Of a stretch of DNA of 64,000 nt, positions 37,567-48,293 are shown in pieces. The notes beneath the pieces were generated by a model. The model did not search any database and was not told where the DNA came from. It worked only from the letters and a program-made list of their open reading frames with translations. Within the stretch, counting starts at the first letter, position 1. Each line of letters opens with the position of its first letter. Origin of the DNA: Actinomycetota bacterium (lineage in GTDB: Bacteria > Actinomycetota > Actinomycetes > JAKEEW01); the NCBI GenBank assembly GCA_046735375.1, contig JBKPTD010000080.1, positions 36,816-100,815 on the forward strand, in the 5' to 3' direction. A program made the translations under genes and the position numbers.

Positions 37567-40107
37567 ATGCTGAGAACGACACTGCGCAGCTTGTTCGCGC
37601 ACAAGATCCGAATGGCGCTCACCGCCGTCGCCATCGTGCTCGGCGTGGCGTTCGTCGCCGGCACCCTCATCTTTACCGACACACTCGGCCGTACCTTCGA
37701 CAAGTTCTTCGCCGCTGTCAGCAGCGACGTGACGGTGATGAAACACAGCGAGTTCGACAGCGGTGAGAATGCGTCACCGAGCACACTGCCTGCCAGCGTG
37801 GTCGACGCGGTAAAGAAAGTGCCCGGCGTGGCGAAGGCTGAAGGCTCGATCTTCGTCGACGGCGTCGACATCGTGAACAAGAGCGGCGACGGCGTCCTCG
37901 GTGCTCCCGGGGCACCTCATTTCGGCGCGAGCTGGGCCGATCCCGGCAGCACCGAAAGCGGCAGCGTACGCATCGTCGAAGGCAAGCCGCCGGCGGCCGC
38001 CGACCAGGTGGTCGTCGATGCCATCACCGCGAAGAACGAGAAGCTCAAGGTAGGGGATCACCTGTCCCTTATCACTCCGAGTAAGGACACACCGCATCTC
38101 GACGCCACGCTCGTGGGTGTTTTCGACTACAAGGGCTCGCAAGGCATCGGCGGTGCGACTGTCGCCGTATTCGACGACCAGACCGCTCAGCGTCTCCTCA
38201 CCGGTCCCGGCCTGTTCTCCGCGGTTGAGGTCACCGGGGAGCCGGGAGTCAGCAATGCTGCGCTGGCCGGGCGGGTCAAGCAGGCCGTAGGGACTGAATA
38301 CGATGTCAAGACTGCCGCGCAAACGGCGGCTGATGCCTCGGCCGACATCCGTCAGGGCCTGTCATTCATCAATACCTTCCTGTTGGTCTTTGCGGCTATC
38401 GCGCTCTTCGTCGGGGTCTTCCTCATCCTCAATACGTTCTCGATGCTGGTGGCCCAGCGAACCCGCGAACTGGCGCTGCTGCGCGCGGTTGGAGCGAGTC
38501 GACGGCAGGTGACCCGCTCGGTCCTCGGCGAGGCGTTCGTCGTCGGCTTGGTCGGATCCACCGTCGGGATCGGCCTCGGCTTCGGGCTCGCGCTGTTGCT
38601 CAAGGCGCTCTTCGGGCAGCTCGGGCTGGAACTCACCGGCGCCAAGCTCGTCTTTGAGCCGCGGACCGCGATCGTCGCCTACGTCGTCGGGATCCTCGTG
38701 ACAATGACCGCCGCGTACTTCCCTGCGCGGCGTGCGGCCAAGATCCCTCCGGTTGCCGCCCTCCGCGACGACGTTGCCCTGCCCGAGTCGTCGCTGCGGC
38801 TGAGGCTGATCATGGGTTCAACGCTCACCGCCGTCGGGGCGACCGCGCTGGGCCTGGGCCTAGCCGGGAGCAAGATCCAGGCTGTCGGCCTCGGGGTTCT
38901 GTTGGTCATGATCGGTGTGATCCTGCTGACCCCACTCATCGCTCGGCGTGTCGTCGGCGCACTCGGTACCCCGTTCGCCAAGGCGTACGGCCCGGTGGGC
39001 AAGCTGGCCAGGGAGAACGCGCTGCGCAACCCGCGGCGGACCTCGGTGACGGCATCCGCTCTGATGATCGGGCTCGCGCTGGTCGCCGCGCTCGCCACGC
39101 TTGGCGCTTCGGCAAAGAAGTCAACCGATGCGCTGGTCGACGAATCCATCAAGGCCGGATACACCGTCCAGAGCAGCAACTTCGCCGCGTTCAGCCCGCA
39201 CATCGCCGACTCGCTCGCCGGGGTTCAGGGCGTCGATCTCGTCGCCCGCGAGCAATATCGCCAGGCGAAGGTGGACGGCAAGGACGTTCAGGTCAGTGGG
39301 TTCGACCCGGGAACGCTCGACGCCGTGCTCAACCTGACCTTCAAGGAGGGCTCGGCCGACGGCCTCCAGGGCGATGGCCTGCTCATCGACGACAACGTAG
39401 CGAAGAGCGAGAAGCTCGCTATCGGCGATCCGGTGACGGTGCAGATGCAGGCAGGGTCGCAGCAGGCCAGGGTCGCCGGGATCTTCAAGCATGTGCCGTT
39501 CGAGAGCGGCTACATGCTGCCGACCTCTCTGGTGAAGCAGCTCAGCGGTGACCAGCGGGACGGTTTCCTCTACGTCAAGACCGCCCCGGGTGCCAACGTC
39601 AGGCCGGCGCTCGACGCGGCGGTCAAGCCGTACCCGAATGTGGAGCTGCAGAACCAACAGGAGTTCAAGGACCAGATCAGCGGCAATCTCGACCAGCTGC
39701 TCTATGTGATGTACGCGCTGCTGGCGCTGGCGATCATCATCGCTGCCATTGGCATCGTGAACACCCTGGCCCTGTCGGTGTACGAACGGACTCGCGAGGT
39801 CGGCTTGCTACGTGCGGTCGGCCTGGGCCGTAGGCAGTTGCGCCGGATGATCCGGATCGAGTCGGTGGTGATCTCCGTCTTCGGTGCCGTGCTCGGCATG
39901 GCGCTCGGCGTGATCCTGGGACTCGCCCTGCTCGCGGGGCTCGCGGACGAAGGAGTGGACAAGATCTCGGTCCCCTGGGCTTCGCCGTGGTACGGGTCCT
40001 TGGTCACCTTCGTCTTGGTGGCGGTCATCATCGGGGTGCTCGCGGCAATCTGGCCCGCCCGCCGGGCGTCGAGGCTCGACGTGATCGAGGCGATCACAAC
40101 CGAGTAG
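37567..40107 (+). CDS. ABC transporter permease with two FtsX/MacB-type domains
   Basis: 846 aa, built as an N-terminal TM, a large extracytoplasmic domain and an FtsX 3-TM bundle, repeated twice. Confidence 0.9.
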   Translation: MLRTTLRSLFAHKIRMALTAVAIVLGVAFVAGTLIFTDTLGRTFDKFFAAVSSDVTVMKHSEFDSGENASPSTLPASVVDAVKKVPGVAKAEGSIFVDGVDIVNKSGDGVLGAPGAPHFGASWADPGSTESGSVRIVEGKPPAAADQVVVDAITAKNEKLKVGDHLSLITPSKDTPHLDATLVGVFDYKGSQGIGGATVAVFDDQTAQRLLTGPGLFSAVEVTGEPGVSNAALAGRVKQAVGTEYDVKTAAQTAADASADIRQGLSFINTFLLVFAAIALFVGVFLILNTFSMLVAQRTRELALLRAVGASRRQVTRSVLGEAFVVGLVGSTVGIGLGFGLALLLKALFGQLGLELTGAKLVFEPRTAIVAYVVGILVTMTAAYFPARRAAKIPPVAALRDDVALPESSLRLRLIMGSTLTAVGATALGLGLAGSKIQAVGLGVLLVMIGVILLTPLIARRVVGALGTPFAKAYGPVGKLARENALRNPRRTSVTASALMIGLALVAALATLGASAKKSTDALVDESIKAGYTVQSSNFAAFSPHIADSLAGVQGVDLVAREQYRQAKVDGKDVQVSGFDPGTLDAVLNLTFKEGSADGLQGDGLLIDDNVAKSEKLAIGDPVTVQMQAGSQQARVAGIFKHVPFESGYMLPTSLVKQLSGDQRDGFLYVKTAPGANVRPALDAAVKPYPNVELQNQQEFKDQISGNLDQLLYVMYALLALAIIIAAIGIVNTLALSVYERTREVGLLRAVGLGRRQLRRMIRIESVVISVFGAVLGMALGVILGLALLAGLADEGVDKISVPWASPWYGSLVTFVLVAVIIGVLAAIWPARRASRLDVIEAITTE

Positions 40108-40125
40108 GCCAGCGAGCTCGGGGAC

Positions 40126-40168
40126 GCTGAGGCCCATGCCCTCCCTGTGGGGCGTGGGCCTCAGCTTT
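40126..40168 (+). terminator. Intrinsic-terminator-like hairpin after the ABC permease gene
   Basis: GCTGAGGCCCA..(18 nt)..TGGGCCTCAGC is followed by TTT and begins 19 nt after the stop codon. Confidence 0.6.
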
Positions 40169-40279
40169 ACGTCGAGCCAGGCCCAGCCCCAGTTCAGTGC
40201 CAGCCCCCATCCGCCCCAGGCTCAGGCCCCAGCCCAATCCTCGTCCTGCTGCAGCGCAGCGGGCTCGCCGCCGCGGTGG

Positions 40280-40936
40280 TCAGCTACCGACGACGAAGGC
40301 CTCGAGGCTTGCCGCACTGACCTGGGCCAGTGACTGGACGACTTGCAACCTTCCCGCGGGCTGGATGGTCGCGGCGTGCGGGACAGCCACCACTCGGCAG
40401 CCCGCCGCCAGGCCAGCGGCCACTCCGTTCGGTGAGTCCTCGAGGACAACGCAGCGGTTGGCGTCGGCGCCGAGCGCCACGATCGCCTTCAGATAGGGCT
40501 CGGGATCGGGCTTGTTCCGCGAGACGTCGTCACCGGAAATCGTCACGGCAAAATGACTGGCGCCGACCCGGGCGAGCACGGCGTCCACCATCTGGCGTAC
40601 CGATGCCGACACCAGGCCGCAGGGCACACCCGCCGCGTGGAGGTCGTCGAGAAGGTCAAGCGCGCCCGGGAGGATGATGACCTGCTCGCGAACCCGGCGC
40701 ACGATGCCCTCGTCCATCCATCGGCCCACCTGCGCCGGATCGGCGTCCGCCCCGGACCGCTGGATCATGTAACGCGCCGCCGCAGCGGAGGGACTTCCAA
40801 GCACGGCGATCTGGTCGGCCGGCGTCCACTCCCCACCCAGCTTCGCCATAACTTCGAGCTCAACGTCGAACCACAGAGGCTCGGTGTCGACGAGGAGTCC
40901 GTCCATGTCGAAGAGGACGGCCTGGAGCTGCGGCAT
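40280..40936 (-). CDS. HAD-superfamily hydrolase (beta-phosphoglucomutase/phosphatase-like)
   Basis: Motif I is VLFDMDGLLVDTE. VSAS, KPDPEPY and LEDSPNG motifs are also present. Confidence 0.88.
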   Translation of the reverse strand: MPQLQAVLFDMDGLLVDTEPLWFDVELEVMAKLGGEWTPADQIAVLGSPSAAAARYMIQRSGADADPAQVGRWMDEGIVRRVREQVIILPGALDLLDDLHAAGVPCGLVSASVRQMVDAVLARVGASHFAVTISGDDVSRNKPDPEPYLKAIVALGADANRCVVLEDSPNGVAAGLAAGCRVVAVPHAATIQPAGRLQVVQSLAQVSAASLEAFVVGS

Positions 40937-41036
40937 GGAGGTGCCCTTCAATCGAAAAGCCGGGACGTGAGGGGCACCTTCACGCGGACCTATGGGGTGA
41001 GGGTGCCCTTCATGCGAAAGGGCGGGCGGGGGTGGG

Positions 41037-44000
41037 TCAGGCGTTGAAGTACTTGGCTTCTGGGTGGTGTACGACGATGGCGTCGGTCGACTGCTCGGGG
41101 TGCAGCTGGAACTCCTCGGACAGCGTCACGCCGATCCGCTCGGGACGGAGCAGCTCGACGAGCTTCGCCCGGTCTTCGAGATTGGGACAGGCGGGATAGC
41201 CAAAGGAGTAGCGCGCCCCGCGGTAGCCGAGCCGCAGCACCTCGTCGAGCTCCGCGGGATCCTCCATCCCGAAGCCCAGCTCTTCCCTGACCCTGGCGTG
41301 CCAGAACTCGGCAAGTGCCTCGGTCAGTTGCACGGACAGTCCGTGCAACTCGAGATAGTCGCGGTAGGAATTCGCGGCGAACAGCTTCCCGGTCGCATCC
41401 GAAATCCGAGAGCCCACCGTGACGAGCTGGAAGGCCACAACGTCCGTCTCGCCGGACTCCGCCGACCGGAAGAAGTCGGACAAGCACAGATGGCGGTCCC
41501 GCCGCTGACGAGGGAAGGTAAAGCGCAGCCGCTCGGCATGGACGCCGGCGCCGATTCGTGCGGCGGGACCCTGGTCAGCATCTCGGGAACGGCTCACCGC
41601 GTGTTGCCCGTTGGCCACGTTCGGCTCTTCCTCCCCGTACAGCACGATGAGATCGTCGCCTTTGCTCACGCACGGGAAGTAGCCATAGACCACCGCAGCC
41701 TCGAGGAGGCCGTCCGTGTGCAGACGGTCGAGCCACATCCGCAGCCGCGGCCGTCCTTCGGTCTCAACAAGTTCCTCGTAGCCGGGCCCCTCTGCGCCGC
41801 GGGTTGGGCGCAGGCCCCACTGGCCGAGGAATGTCGCGCGCTCGTCGAGGAAGGCCGCGTAATCGGCCAGCGCAATGCCCTTGACAACGCGGGTCCCCCA
41901 GAACGGCGGTGTCGGCACGGGGTTGTCGGCCGCCACGTCGGACCGCGCGGGCATCTGGTCGGGAGGCGTCTCGCGCAGGACGGCGGCTGCCGGTTTCACC
42001 CGCCGCTCGCGCGGGGCCGGAAGGACCGCGCCGTCCTCGCCGCGCTTCACGGCCATGATTGTGTCCATCAGCCGCAGCCCCTCGAAGGCATCCCTTGCGT
42101 AGCGGACCTCGCCTTGGAAGACGGAGTTCAGGTCCTGCTCCACGTATGCCCTCGTCAGCGCCGCGCCGCCGAGGAGCACGGGCCAGCGTTTGGCGACTCC
42201 CCGGCTGTTCATCTCCAGCAGGTTGTCCTTCATGACGACGGTGGACTTCACCAGCAGGCCGGACATGCCGATGACGTCGGCCGTGTGTTCCGTCGCCGCG
42301 TCCAGGATCGTTGCCACCGGCTGCTTGATTCCGAGGTTGACCACTGTGTAGCCGTTGTTCGTCAGGATGATGTCGACCAGGTTTTTGCCGATGTCGTGGA
42401 CGTCACCTTTCACGGTGGCGAGCACGATCGTTCCCTTGCCGCTGGTGTCCGACTTCTCCATGTGCGGCTCGAGATAGGCGACGGCGGCCTTCATGACCTC
42501 AGCAGACTGCAGGACGAACGGCAGCTGCATCTGGCCAGAGCCGAAGAGGTCGCCGACCGTCTTCATGCCCGACAGCAGGGTCTCGTTGACGATGTCCAAG
42601 GCCGACCTGCTCTCGAGCGCCTCGTCGAGGTCGGCCTCCAGGCCGTTGCGCTCGCCGTCGACGATGCGCCGCTGCAGGCGCTCGTCCAGCGGCAGCGCGG
42701 CGAGCTCCTCAGCCCTCGACTGCGCGCTGCTGCGAGCGTCGACGCCCTCGAAGAGCTCGAGCATCCGCTGCAGCGGGTCATAGCCGTCCCGGCGCCGGTC
42801 ATAGACCAGATCGAGCGCGACCTGACGTTGCTCGTCGGGGATCCGCGACATCGGCAGGATCTTTGCTGCATGCACGATCGCGGAGTCGAGACCTGCCTCG
42901 ACACATTCGTGGAGAAACACGGAGTTGAGGACCATCCTCGCGGCCGGGTTGAGGCCGAAGGAGACATTGGACACGCCGAGCGTCGTCTGCACCTGCGGCC
43001 AGCGCAGCTTGACCTCCCTGATCGCCTCGATCGTCTCGAGCCCGTCGCGGCGGGTCTCCTCTTGGCCGGTCGCGATGGGGAAGGTCAGACAATCCAGCAC
43101 GATGTCGTCGATGCGCATGCCCCACTTCTCGGTGAGGTCGCGGATCAGTCGCTCGGCGACGCGCACCTTCCAGTCCGCGGTTCGGGCCTGGCCCTCCTCG
43201 TCGATCGTGAGCGCGACGACCGCGGCGCCGTGTTCCTTCACGATCGGCATGAGCCGCTGAATTCGCGACCCCTCACCGTCGCCGTCCTCGTAGTTCACGG
43301 AGTTGACCAAACACCGCCCGGCGAGCAGCTCAAGGCCCGTCTCGATTATCTCGGGCTCGGTCGAGTCGAGCACGATCGGCAATGTCGATGCCGTGGCGAG
43401 GCGGCTGGCGAGCTCCCTCATGTCGGCGGATCCATCCCGGCCGACGTAGTCAATGCACAGGTCGAGCAGGTGCGCGCCGTCCCTGGTTTGGCTGCGGGCG
43501 ATCTCCACGCAGTCCTCGAACCTGCCGTCGAGCATGGCCTCGCGGAAGGCCTTGGAGCCGTTGGCGTTGGTGCGCTCGCCGATGGACAGATATGCGGTGT
43601 CCTGGCGGAACGGCACATGCTGATACAGGCTGGCCGCGCCGGGTTCTGGTCTCGGCTCACGCGTCGCGGGCGATCGTCCATGTACGCGCTCCACGACCGC
43701 GCGCAGGTGCTCAGGCGTCGTACCGCAGCAGCCGCCGACCACGCTCAGCCCGAACTCTCTGGTGAAGGTGTCGTGCGCAGTGGCGAGCTCGGCGGGGGTG
43801 AGCGGGTATTGGGCGCCGTCCGCGGTCAGGATCGGCAGCCCGGCGTTCGGCATGCAGGACAAGCCGATCCGTGCCTGCTTAGAGAGCTGGCGCAGATGCT
43901 CGCTCATCTCGGCGGGGCCCGTTGCACAGTTGAGTCCAATCATCTCGATGCCAAGCGGCTCCAACGCCGTGAGCGCCGCAGTGATCTCGGTGCCGAGCAG

Positions 44001-44603
44001 CATGGTGCCGGTCGTCTCGACGGTGACCTGTGCCCAGACGGGTACGTCGACGCCGGCCGAAGCGACGGCACGCTTGGCACCGACGATCGCCGCCTTTGCC
44101 TGCAACAGATCTTGTGAGGTCTCTACGAGCAAAACGTGGGCACCGCCGGCAATCAGGCCGGCGCACTCCTCTTCGTAGGCGTCTCGCAGCACGGAGTAGG
44201 GCGCATGACCGAGGCTGGGCAGCTTGGTTCCGGGACCGACCGATCCGATCACCCAGCGAGGACGCTCGGACGAGGACCAGCCGTCCGCGACCTCCCGCGC
44301 GATGCGGGCGCCCTTCTCCGACAAGTCGCGGATGCGCGGCACGATGTCGTACTCGGCGAAGTTGCCATAGTTAGCGCCGAACGTATTGGTCTCCACACAA
44401 TCGACGCCGACCGCGAGGTAGGCATCATGTACGGACGCCACGATCTCGGGCCTGGTCTCATTGAGGATCTCGTTACATCCCTCGAGGCCGGCGAAGTCGT
44501 CGAGCGTCGGCTCGTGAGCCTGCAGCATGGTCCCCATCGCGCCATCGGCGATCAGTACGCGTTCGCTGAGGGCTCTCCGTAGGCTCGCTGTCGTCGCGCT
44601 CAT
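41037..44603 (-). CDS. metH: Cobalamin-dependent methionine synthase
   Basis: Hcy-binding, pterin-binding and B12-binding (GDVHDIGKN) modules plus the AdoMet-activation module, about 1188 aa from the ATG at 44603. Confidence 0.95.
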   Translation of the reverse strand: MSATTASLRRALSERVLIADGAMGTMLQAHEPTLDDFAGLEGCNEILNETRPEIVASVHDAYLAVGVDCVETNTFGANYGNFAEYDIVPRIRDLSEKGARIAREVADGWSSSERPRWVIGSVGPGTKLPSLGHAPYSVLRDAYEEECAGLIAGGAHVLLVETSQDLLQAKAAIVGAKRAVASAGVDVPVWAQVTVETTGTMLLGTEITAALTALEPLGIEMIGLNCATGPAEMSEHLRQLSKQARIGLSCMPNAGLPILTADGAQYPLTPAELATAHDTFTREFGLSVVGGCCGTTPEHLRAVVERVHGRSPATREPRPEPGAASLYQHVPFRQDTAYLSIGERTNANGSKAFREAMLDGRFEDCVEIARSQTRDGAHLLDLCIDYVGRDGSADMRELASRLATASTLPIVLDSTEPEIIETGLELLAGRCLVNSVNYEDGDGEGSRIQRLMPIVKEHGAAVVALTIDEEGQARTADWKVRVAERLIRDLTEKWGMRIDDIVLDCLTFPIATGQEETRRDGLETIEAIREVKLRWPQVQTTLGVSNVSFGLNPAARMVLNSVFLHECVEAGLDSAIVHAAKILPMSRIPDEQRQVALDLVYDRRRDGYDPLQRMLELFEGVDARSSAQSRAEELAALPLDERLQRRIVDGERNGLEADLDEALESRSALDIVNETLLSGMKTVGDLFGSGQMQLPFVLQSAEVMKAAVAYLEPHMEKSDTSGKGTIVLATVKGDVHDIGKNLVDIILTNNGYTVVNLGIKQPVATILDAATEHTADVIGMSGLLVKSTVVMKDNLLEMNSRGVAKRWPVLLGGAALTRAYVEQDLNSVFQGEVRYARDAFEGLRLMDTIMAVKRGEDGAVLPAPRERRVKPAAAVLRETPPDQMPARSDVAADNPVPTPPFWGTRVVKGIALADYAAFLDERATFLGQWGLRPTRGAEGPGYEELVETEGRPRLRMWLDRLHTDGLLEAAVVYGYFPCVSKGDDLIVLYGEEEPNVANGQHAVSRSRDADQGPAARIGAGVHAERLRFTFPRQRRDRHLCLSDFFRSAESGETDVVAFQLVTVGSRISDATGKLFAANSYRDYLELHGLSVQLTEALAEFWHARVREELGFGMEDPAELDEVLRLGYRGARYSFGYPACPNLEDRAKLVELLRPERIGVTLSEEFQLHPEQSTDAIVVHHPEAKYFNA

Positions 44604-44857
44604 GCCGTCGAGCCTAGAGCCTGCGCGAGATGTGCCGCCCAGGCTCAGCTGCCCCGCCCGCATCCCCGGCAGGGCTGCCGGCAGACAGCGCCGGTCGGGA
44701 ACCCGCCATGGCAGGCACCGGTCGGTCCAGCGTTTCCGGTCGGCATGCGCGATGTTTGCCGGACCGCGGCCGACCCTCACCGGTTGCGCCGACATAGGGT
44801 GAGGTGGACCGGAGATCCGCCGACGGATCTTGCCCACGAGCGCCCGAGGAGAGCAGA

Positions 44858-45736
44858 TTGAACGAGCCGGAGGCGGTCCCGCGTCTGGTCGAGCCGATCA
44901 TGATCGCTGCCTTCGAGGGCTGGAACGACGCAGGCTCGGCCGCCAGTGGCGCGCTCGATCATCTCGAATCCATCTGGGACTCGACCGAAATCGCGTCGCT
45001 CGACCCGGAGGACTACTACGACTTTCAGGTCAACCGCCCGCACGTTGTGCTCGAGGACGAACAGCGCGCGATCATCTGGCCGACGACGCGGCTGTCGACC
45101 GCGCGCCCGCCGGGCCACCACCGGGACATCCTCCTCGTCCGGGGCATCGAGCCCAACATCCGCTGGCGGGCATACTCCACCGAGCTGATCGACTATGGCA
45201 AGCGGCTCGGTGTGGAAATGGTGATCACACTCGGAGCATTGCTCGCGGAGGCGCCGCATACCCGGCCGGTGCCTGTGAGCGGCTCGGTCCTCGATCATGA
45301 ACTGGCGGAGCGGCTCGGGTTGGAACAGTCGTCCTATGAAGGCCCCACCGGGATCGTCGGGGTCTTGCAGGACGCCTGCGCTACAGCTGGGCTGCCGGCT
45401 GTGTCGTTCTGGGCGGCCGTACCGCACTATGTCGCGTCTGTGCCCTGCCCGAAGGCCGCGGTAGCGCTGCTCCGGCGGATCGAGGACATGCTGGATATCG
45501 CGGTGCCGCTCGGCGACCTTCCGGAGGAGGCCAGGATCTGGCAGCAGGGCGCTGACGAGCTCGCGGCGAAAGACGAGGAGATCGGCGAATACGTGCGTCA
45601 GCTCGAGGAGTCCAAGGACACGGCCGATCTGCCTGAGGCCACCGGTGAGTTCATCGCTCGCGAGTTCGAGCGCTATCTCCGCCGGCAGCAGGACCACGGC
45701 GGCTCAGGGCCCGCGGACACCAACCCCCAGGACTGA
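44858..45736 (+). CDS. PAC2 (proteasome assembly chaperone 2)-family protein
   Basis: MIAAFEGWNDAGSAAS motif. A TTG at 44858 is preceded by GAGGAGAG. It is divergent from metH as in mycobacteria. Confidence 0.8.
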   Translation: MNEPEAVPRLVEPIMIAAFEGWNDAGSAASGALDHLESIWDSTEIASLDPEDYYDFQVNRPHVVLEDEQRAIIWPTTRLSTARPPGHHRDILLVRGIEPNIRWRAYSTELIDYGKRLGVEMVITLGALLAEAPHTRPVPVSGSVLDHELAERLGLEQSSYEGPTGIVGVLQDACATAGLPAVSFWAAVPHYVASVPCPKAAVALLRRIEDMLDIAVPLGDLPEEARIWQQGADELAAKDEEIGEYVRQLEESKDTADLPEATGEFIAREFERYLRRQQDHGGSGPADTNPQD

Positions 45737-45766
45737 GCTCCGCGTCCGCCTAGTGTCCCGAGCACA

Positions 45767-46999
45767 CTAGAGGGCGACGCCCAGCAGGGCATCGACCGCT
45801 CGGGAGACCACGCCCGGTGCCCCTGCGTCTGTCCCCCCGCCTCCGCCGGTGAGCTGGGCATCCGCCCATGCATCGACCGCCGCGAGCGCGCCAGGGCAAT
45901 CAAGGTCGTCGGACAGCCGCTCCCTGACGGCAGCGAGGACCGGCTCAGCGTCATGACCGTCTGGACGGGAGACCGCGGCGCGCCAGCGCCCGAGTCGCTC
46001 CACAGACTCGGCGATGGCGCCGTCGGTCCATTCCCAGTCCGTGCGGTAGTGGTGGGCGAGCAGGGCGAGCCGGAGCGCCATCGGGTCGACTCCGTCATGC
46101 CGGAGCCGAGAAACGAAGATGAGGTTGCCCTTGGACTTCGACATCTTCTCGCCGCCCAAGCCGACCATGCCTGCGTGGACGTACGCCATCGCGTAGGGCG
46201 CGCTACCCGTCGCGACCTGGCCCTCGGAGGCACCAAACTCATGATGCGGAAAGATCAGGTCGGTTCCGCCGCCCTGGATGTCGAAGCCCATGCCGAGATA
46301 GCGCAATGCGATGGCCGCACATTCGACATGCCAGCCCGGCCGTCCGGGACCGAATGGCGATGGCCAGGCCGGATCCCCCTGGCGCGGCGATTGCCAGAGC
46401 AGGCAGTCGACAGGATCCTTCTTGCCCGGTCGATCCGGGTCACCGCCGCGCTCTCTGGACAGTGCGATCATCTCGTCGCTGGTGAGGTGGGCGATGGATC
46501 CGAATGCCGGGTCCGCGCTGGCCGGGAAGTAGAGATCGCCGTCAACTTCGTACGCCGCCCCTCTCCCACGCAGCTGCTCGATCAAGGCGATGACGTCCTG
46601 CATCGCCTCGACGGCACCGATGTAGTGGATAGGCGGCAGCACCCGCAACGCGATCATGTCCTCCCGGAAGAGGTTGATCTCGCGTTCGGCGAGCTGCCGC
46701 CAGTCCTCGCCGGTCGCTCTCGCCCGTTCGAGCAACGGATCATCGACATCGGTGACGTTTTGTACGTAGCGGACAGCGTGCCCGGCGTCTCGCCACACCC
46801 GTTGGAGGACGTCGAATGCCACATACGTCGCGGCGTGGCCGAGATGGGTCGCGTCATAGGGAGTGATCCCGCAGACGTAAAGTCCGGCTGTCTCACCGGG
46901 TGCGGTCTCGAGGACGGAGCCCGATGCTGTGTCGTGGACCCGGAGGGCGTTCCCCCTGCCGGGGAGGACGGGCAAATGCGGTGCAGGCCAGGACTCCAT
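45767..46999 (-). CDS. mshC: Cysteine:1D-myo-inosityl 2-amino-2-deoxy-alpha-D-glucopyranoside ligase
   Basis: Class-I CysRS-like HIGH (THLGHAATY) and KMSKS (EKMSKSKGN) motifs without an anticodon-binding tail. Length is 410 aa. Confidence 0.9.
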   Translation of the reverse strand: MESWPAPHLPVLPGRGNALRVHDTASGSVLETAPGETAGLYVCGITPYDATHLGHAATYVAFDVLQRVWRDAGHAVRYVQNVTDVDDPLLERARATGEDWRQLAEREINLFREDMIALRVLPPIHYIGAVEAMQDVIALIEQLRGRGAAYEVDGDLYFPASADPAFGSIAHLTSDEMIALSRERGGDPDRPGKKDPVDCLLWQSPRQGDPAWPSPFGPGRPGWHVECAAIALRYLGMGFDIQGGGTDLIFPHHEFGASEGQVATGSAPYAMAYVHAGMVGLGGEKMSKSKGNLIFVSRLRHDGVDPMALRLALLAHHYRTDWEWTDGAIAESVERLGRWRAAVSRPDGHDAEPVLAAVRERLSDDLDCPGALAAVDAWADAQLTGGGGGTDAGAPGVVSRAVDALLGVAL

Positions 47000-47118
47000 G
47001 GGCGAGCGAGAGGGGCCGCACCGCCAGGTGCGCTCTCCCGGCCTCCTCTCCTCGTCGACGGTACCGACCTACCGATGATATGGACCGCTACCGCCAGTTC
47101 AGGGATCAGCCCGCGCTG

Positions 47119-48279
47119 CTAGCCGCCCATGGATAGGCCGTCCGATGCTGCTCCCCTGCTCTCGACGATCGCTCTGGTCCGGGCCACGGCCGCCTGGTAG
47201 CGGGCTCGCTTGGCGGGGTCGAGATCCTGCTTCTTGAGCGCCTGCGGCAGCTCCACCAACCTGATCGGCGGTCCCAGATCGACGAGGATCGGCACCCATT
47301 CGGCCGTCGTCACGCGCCAATGACCATCTGCTTTGTCAAACGTGAACCGGGCGATGATCCCCTCCTCGGAAACGCCACGTGGTCTCTGGTGCCGGGCGAT
47401 CAGGTTTCCTAATCCGTACACGACCCACTTTCCTCTGATGCGCTCGAAGGGCTGAACCACGTGCGCATGATGGCCGATGATTAGATCGATGTCCGGGGAC
47501 GCAAGGAGCTGTTTTGCGATCGCCCGCTGCTTCGGTGTCGGGACGTGCTGGTATTCGATACCCCAATGCAGGCTCAGGATGACGACATCGGCGCCGCGCC
47601 TGCGAAGCTCATGAGCCGCAGACACGATGGCGCGGCCGTCGTCGATCACGTTGACCATCCATGTTCCGTCCGGCGGCGGTGTGCCACCGTTGAGGCCATA
47701 CGTGTACGAGAGGTGACCGACCCGAATGCCGTGAACATCGAGGATCTGCGGGCGGGACGCCGCTGCGGGGGTGGCTGCAGTGCCTGCGTGGCCGATGTGA
47801 TCGGCGTCGAGCGCGGCAAGCGTACGGGTCAAGCCGCGTGACCCCTGGTCCATGCTGTGATTCGAAGCGGTTGAACACTCGTCATAACCGATTGCTGTCA
47901 GGGCCGAGACAACTTGCGGCGGCATGCTGAAGGTCGGGAACCCCTCGAACGGCCCGCGGGCCGCGGCGAAGGGCGCCTCGATGTGGCAGATGGCCAGGTC
48001 GGCAGCCGATATCACGGGCTTGATTGCGGCGAGCATCGGCTGGAAGTCGGGAGACCTGGCCGATCCGTCCCTACGGGCTTGGTCGATCAGGGGCGGATGG
48101 ATCAGCACGTCGCCGGTCGCTACGACGCTGAACTGGCTGCGGTCGGACTCGACCCCGTTGCGCTGCGACTGTCCAGAGCTGTCCTGGCCGCTTGCTCCTC
48201 GACTGGTTGTACATCCGGCGACGAGCAGAGCGAGAGCCGCTGCTGCGATACAGCGACGAAGTTGGGCGGGCGCGGTCAC
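47119..48279 (-). CDS. capA: CapA/PgsA-family poly-gamma-glutamate synthesis protein (metallophosphatase fold), lipoprotein
   Basis: Lipobox LLVAGC and PGA_cap-type motifs (ATGDVLIH, ASNHSMD, HWGIEY, GHHAHV). Confidence 0.85.
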   Translation of the reverse strand: MTAPAQLRRCIAAAALALLVAGCTTSRGASGQDSSGQSQRNGVESDRSQFSVVATGDVLIHPPLIDQARRDGSARSPDFQPMLAAIKPVISAADLAICHIEAPFAAARGPFEGFPTFSMPPQVVSALTAIGYDECSTASNHSMDQGSRGLTRTLAALDADHIGHAGTAATPAAASRPQILDVHGIRVGHLSYTYGLNGGTPPPDGTWMVNVIDDGRAIVSAAHELRRRGADVVILSLHWGIEYQHVPTPKQRAIAKQLLASPDIDLIIGHHAHVVQPFERIRGKWVVYGLGNLIARHQRPRGVSEEGIIARFTFDKADGHWRVTTAEWVPILVDLGPPIRLVELPQALKKQDLDPAKRARYQAAVARTRAIVESRGAASDGLSMGG

Positions 48280-48293
48280 AGCAGAGGTTCCGC

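Noticed and set aside
40169-40279. CCCAG-rich low-complexity stretch (GGCCCAGCCCCAG..GCCCCAGGCTCAGGCCCCAGCCC) between the convergent ABC permease and HAD genes
   Set aside because: It is short, irregular and has no defined period. It is probably simple-sequence slippage in a convergent spacer, and I cannot assign a function.
44604-44857. Possible cobalamin, SAM-IV or SAH riboswitch in the metH leader
   Set aside because: I could not find the B12 box (GCCACTG), the AGGGAA/GGTG..AATCC core, or the SAM-IV/SAH conserved segments on the minus strand. This needs a covariance-model scan for certainty, and the repeats are reported separately.
45750-45770. CTAGTGT..ACACTAG inverted repeat between the convergent PAC2 and mshC genes
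   Set aside because: The 7-bp stem overlaps the mshC stop codon. It is plausibly a weak bidirectional terminator, but it is too small to call with confidence.
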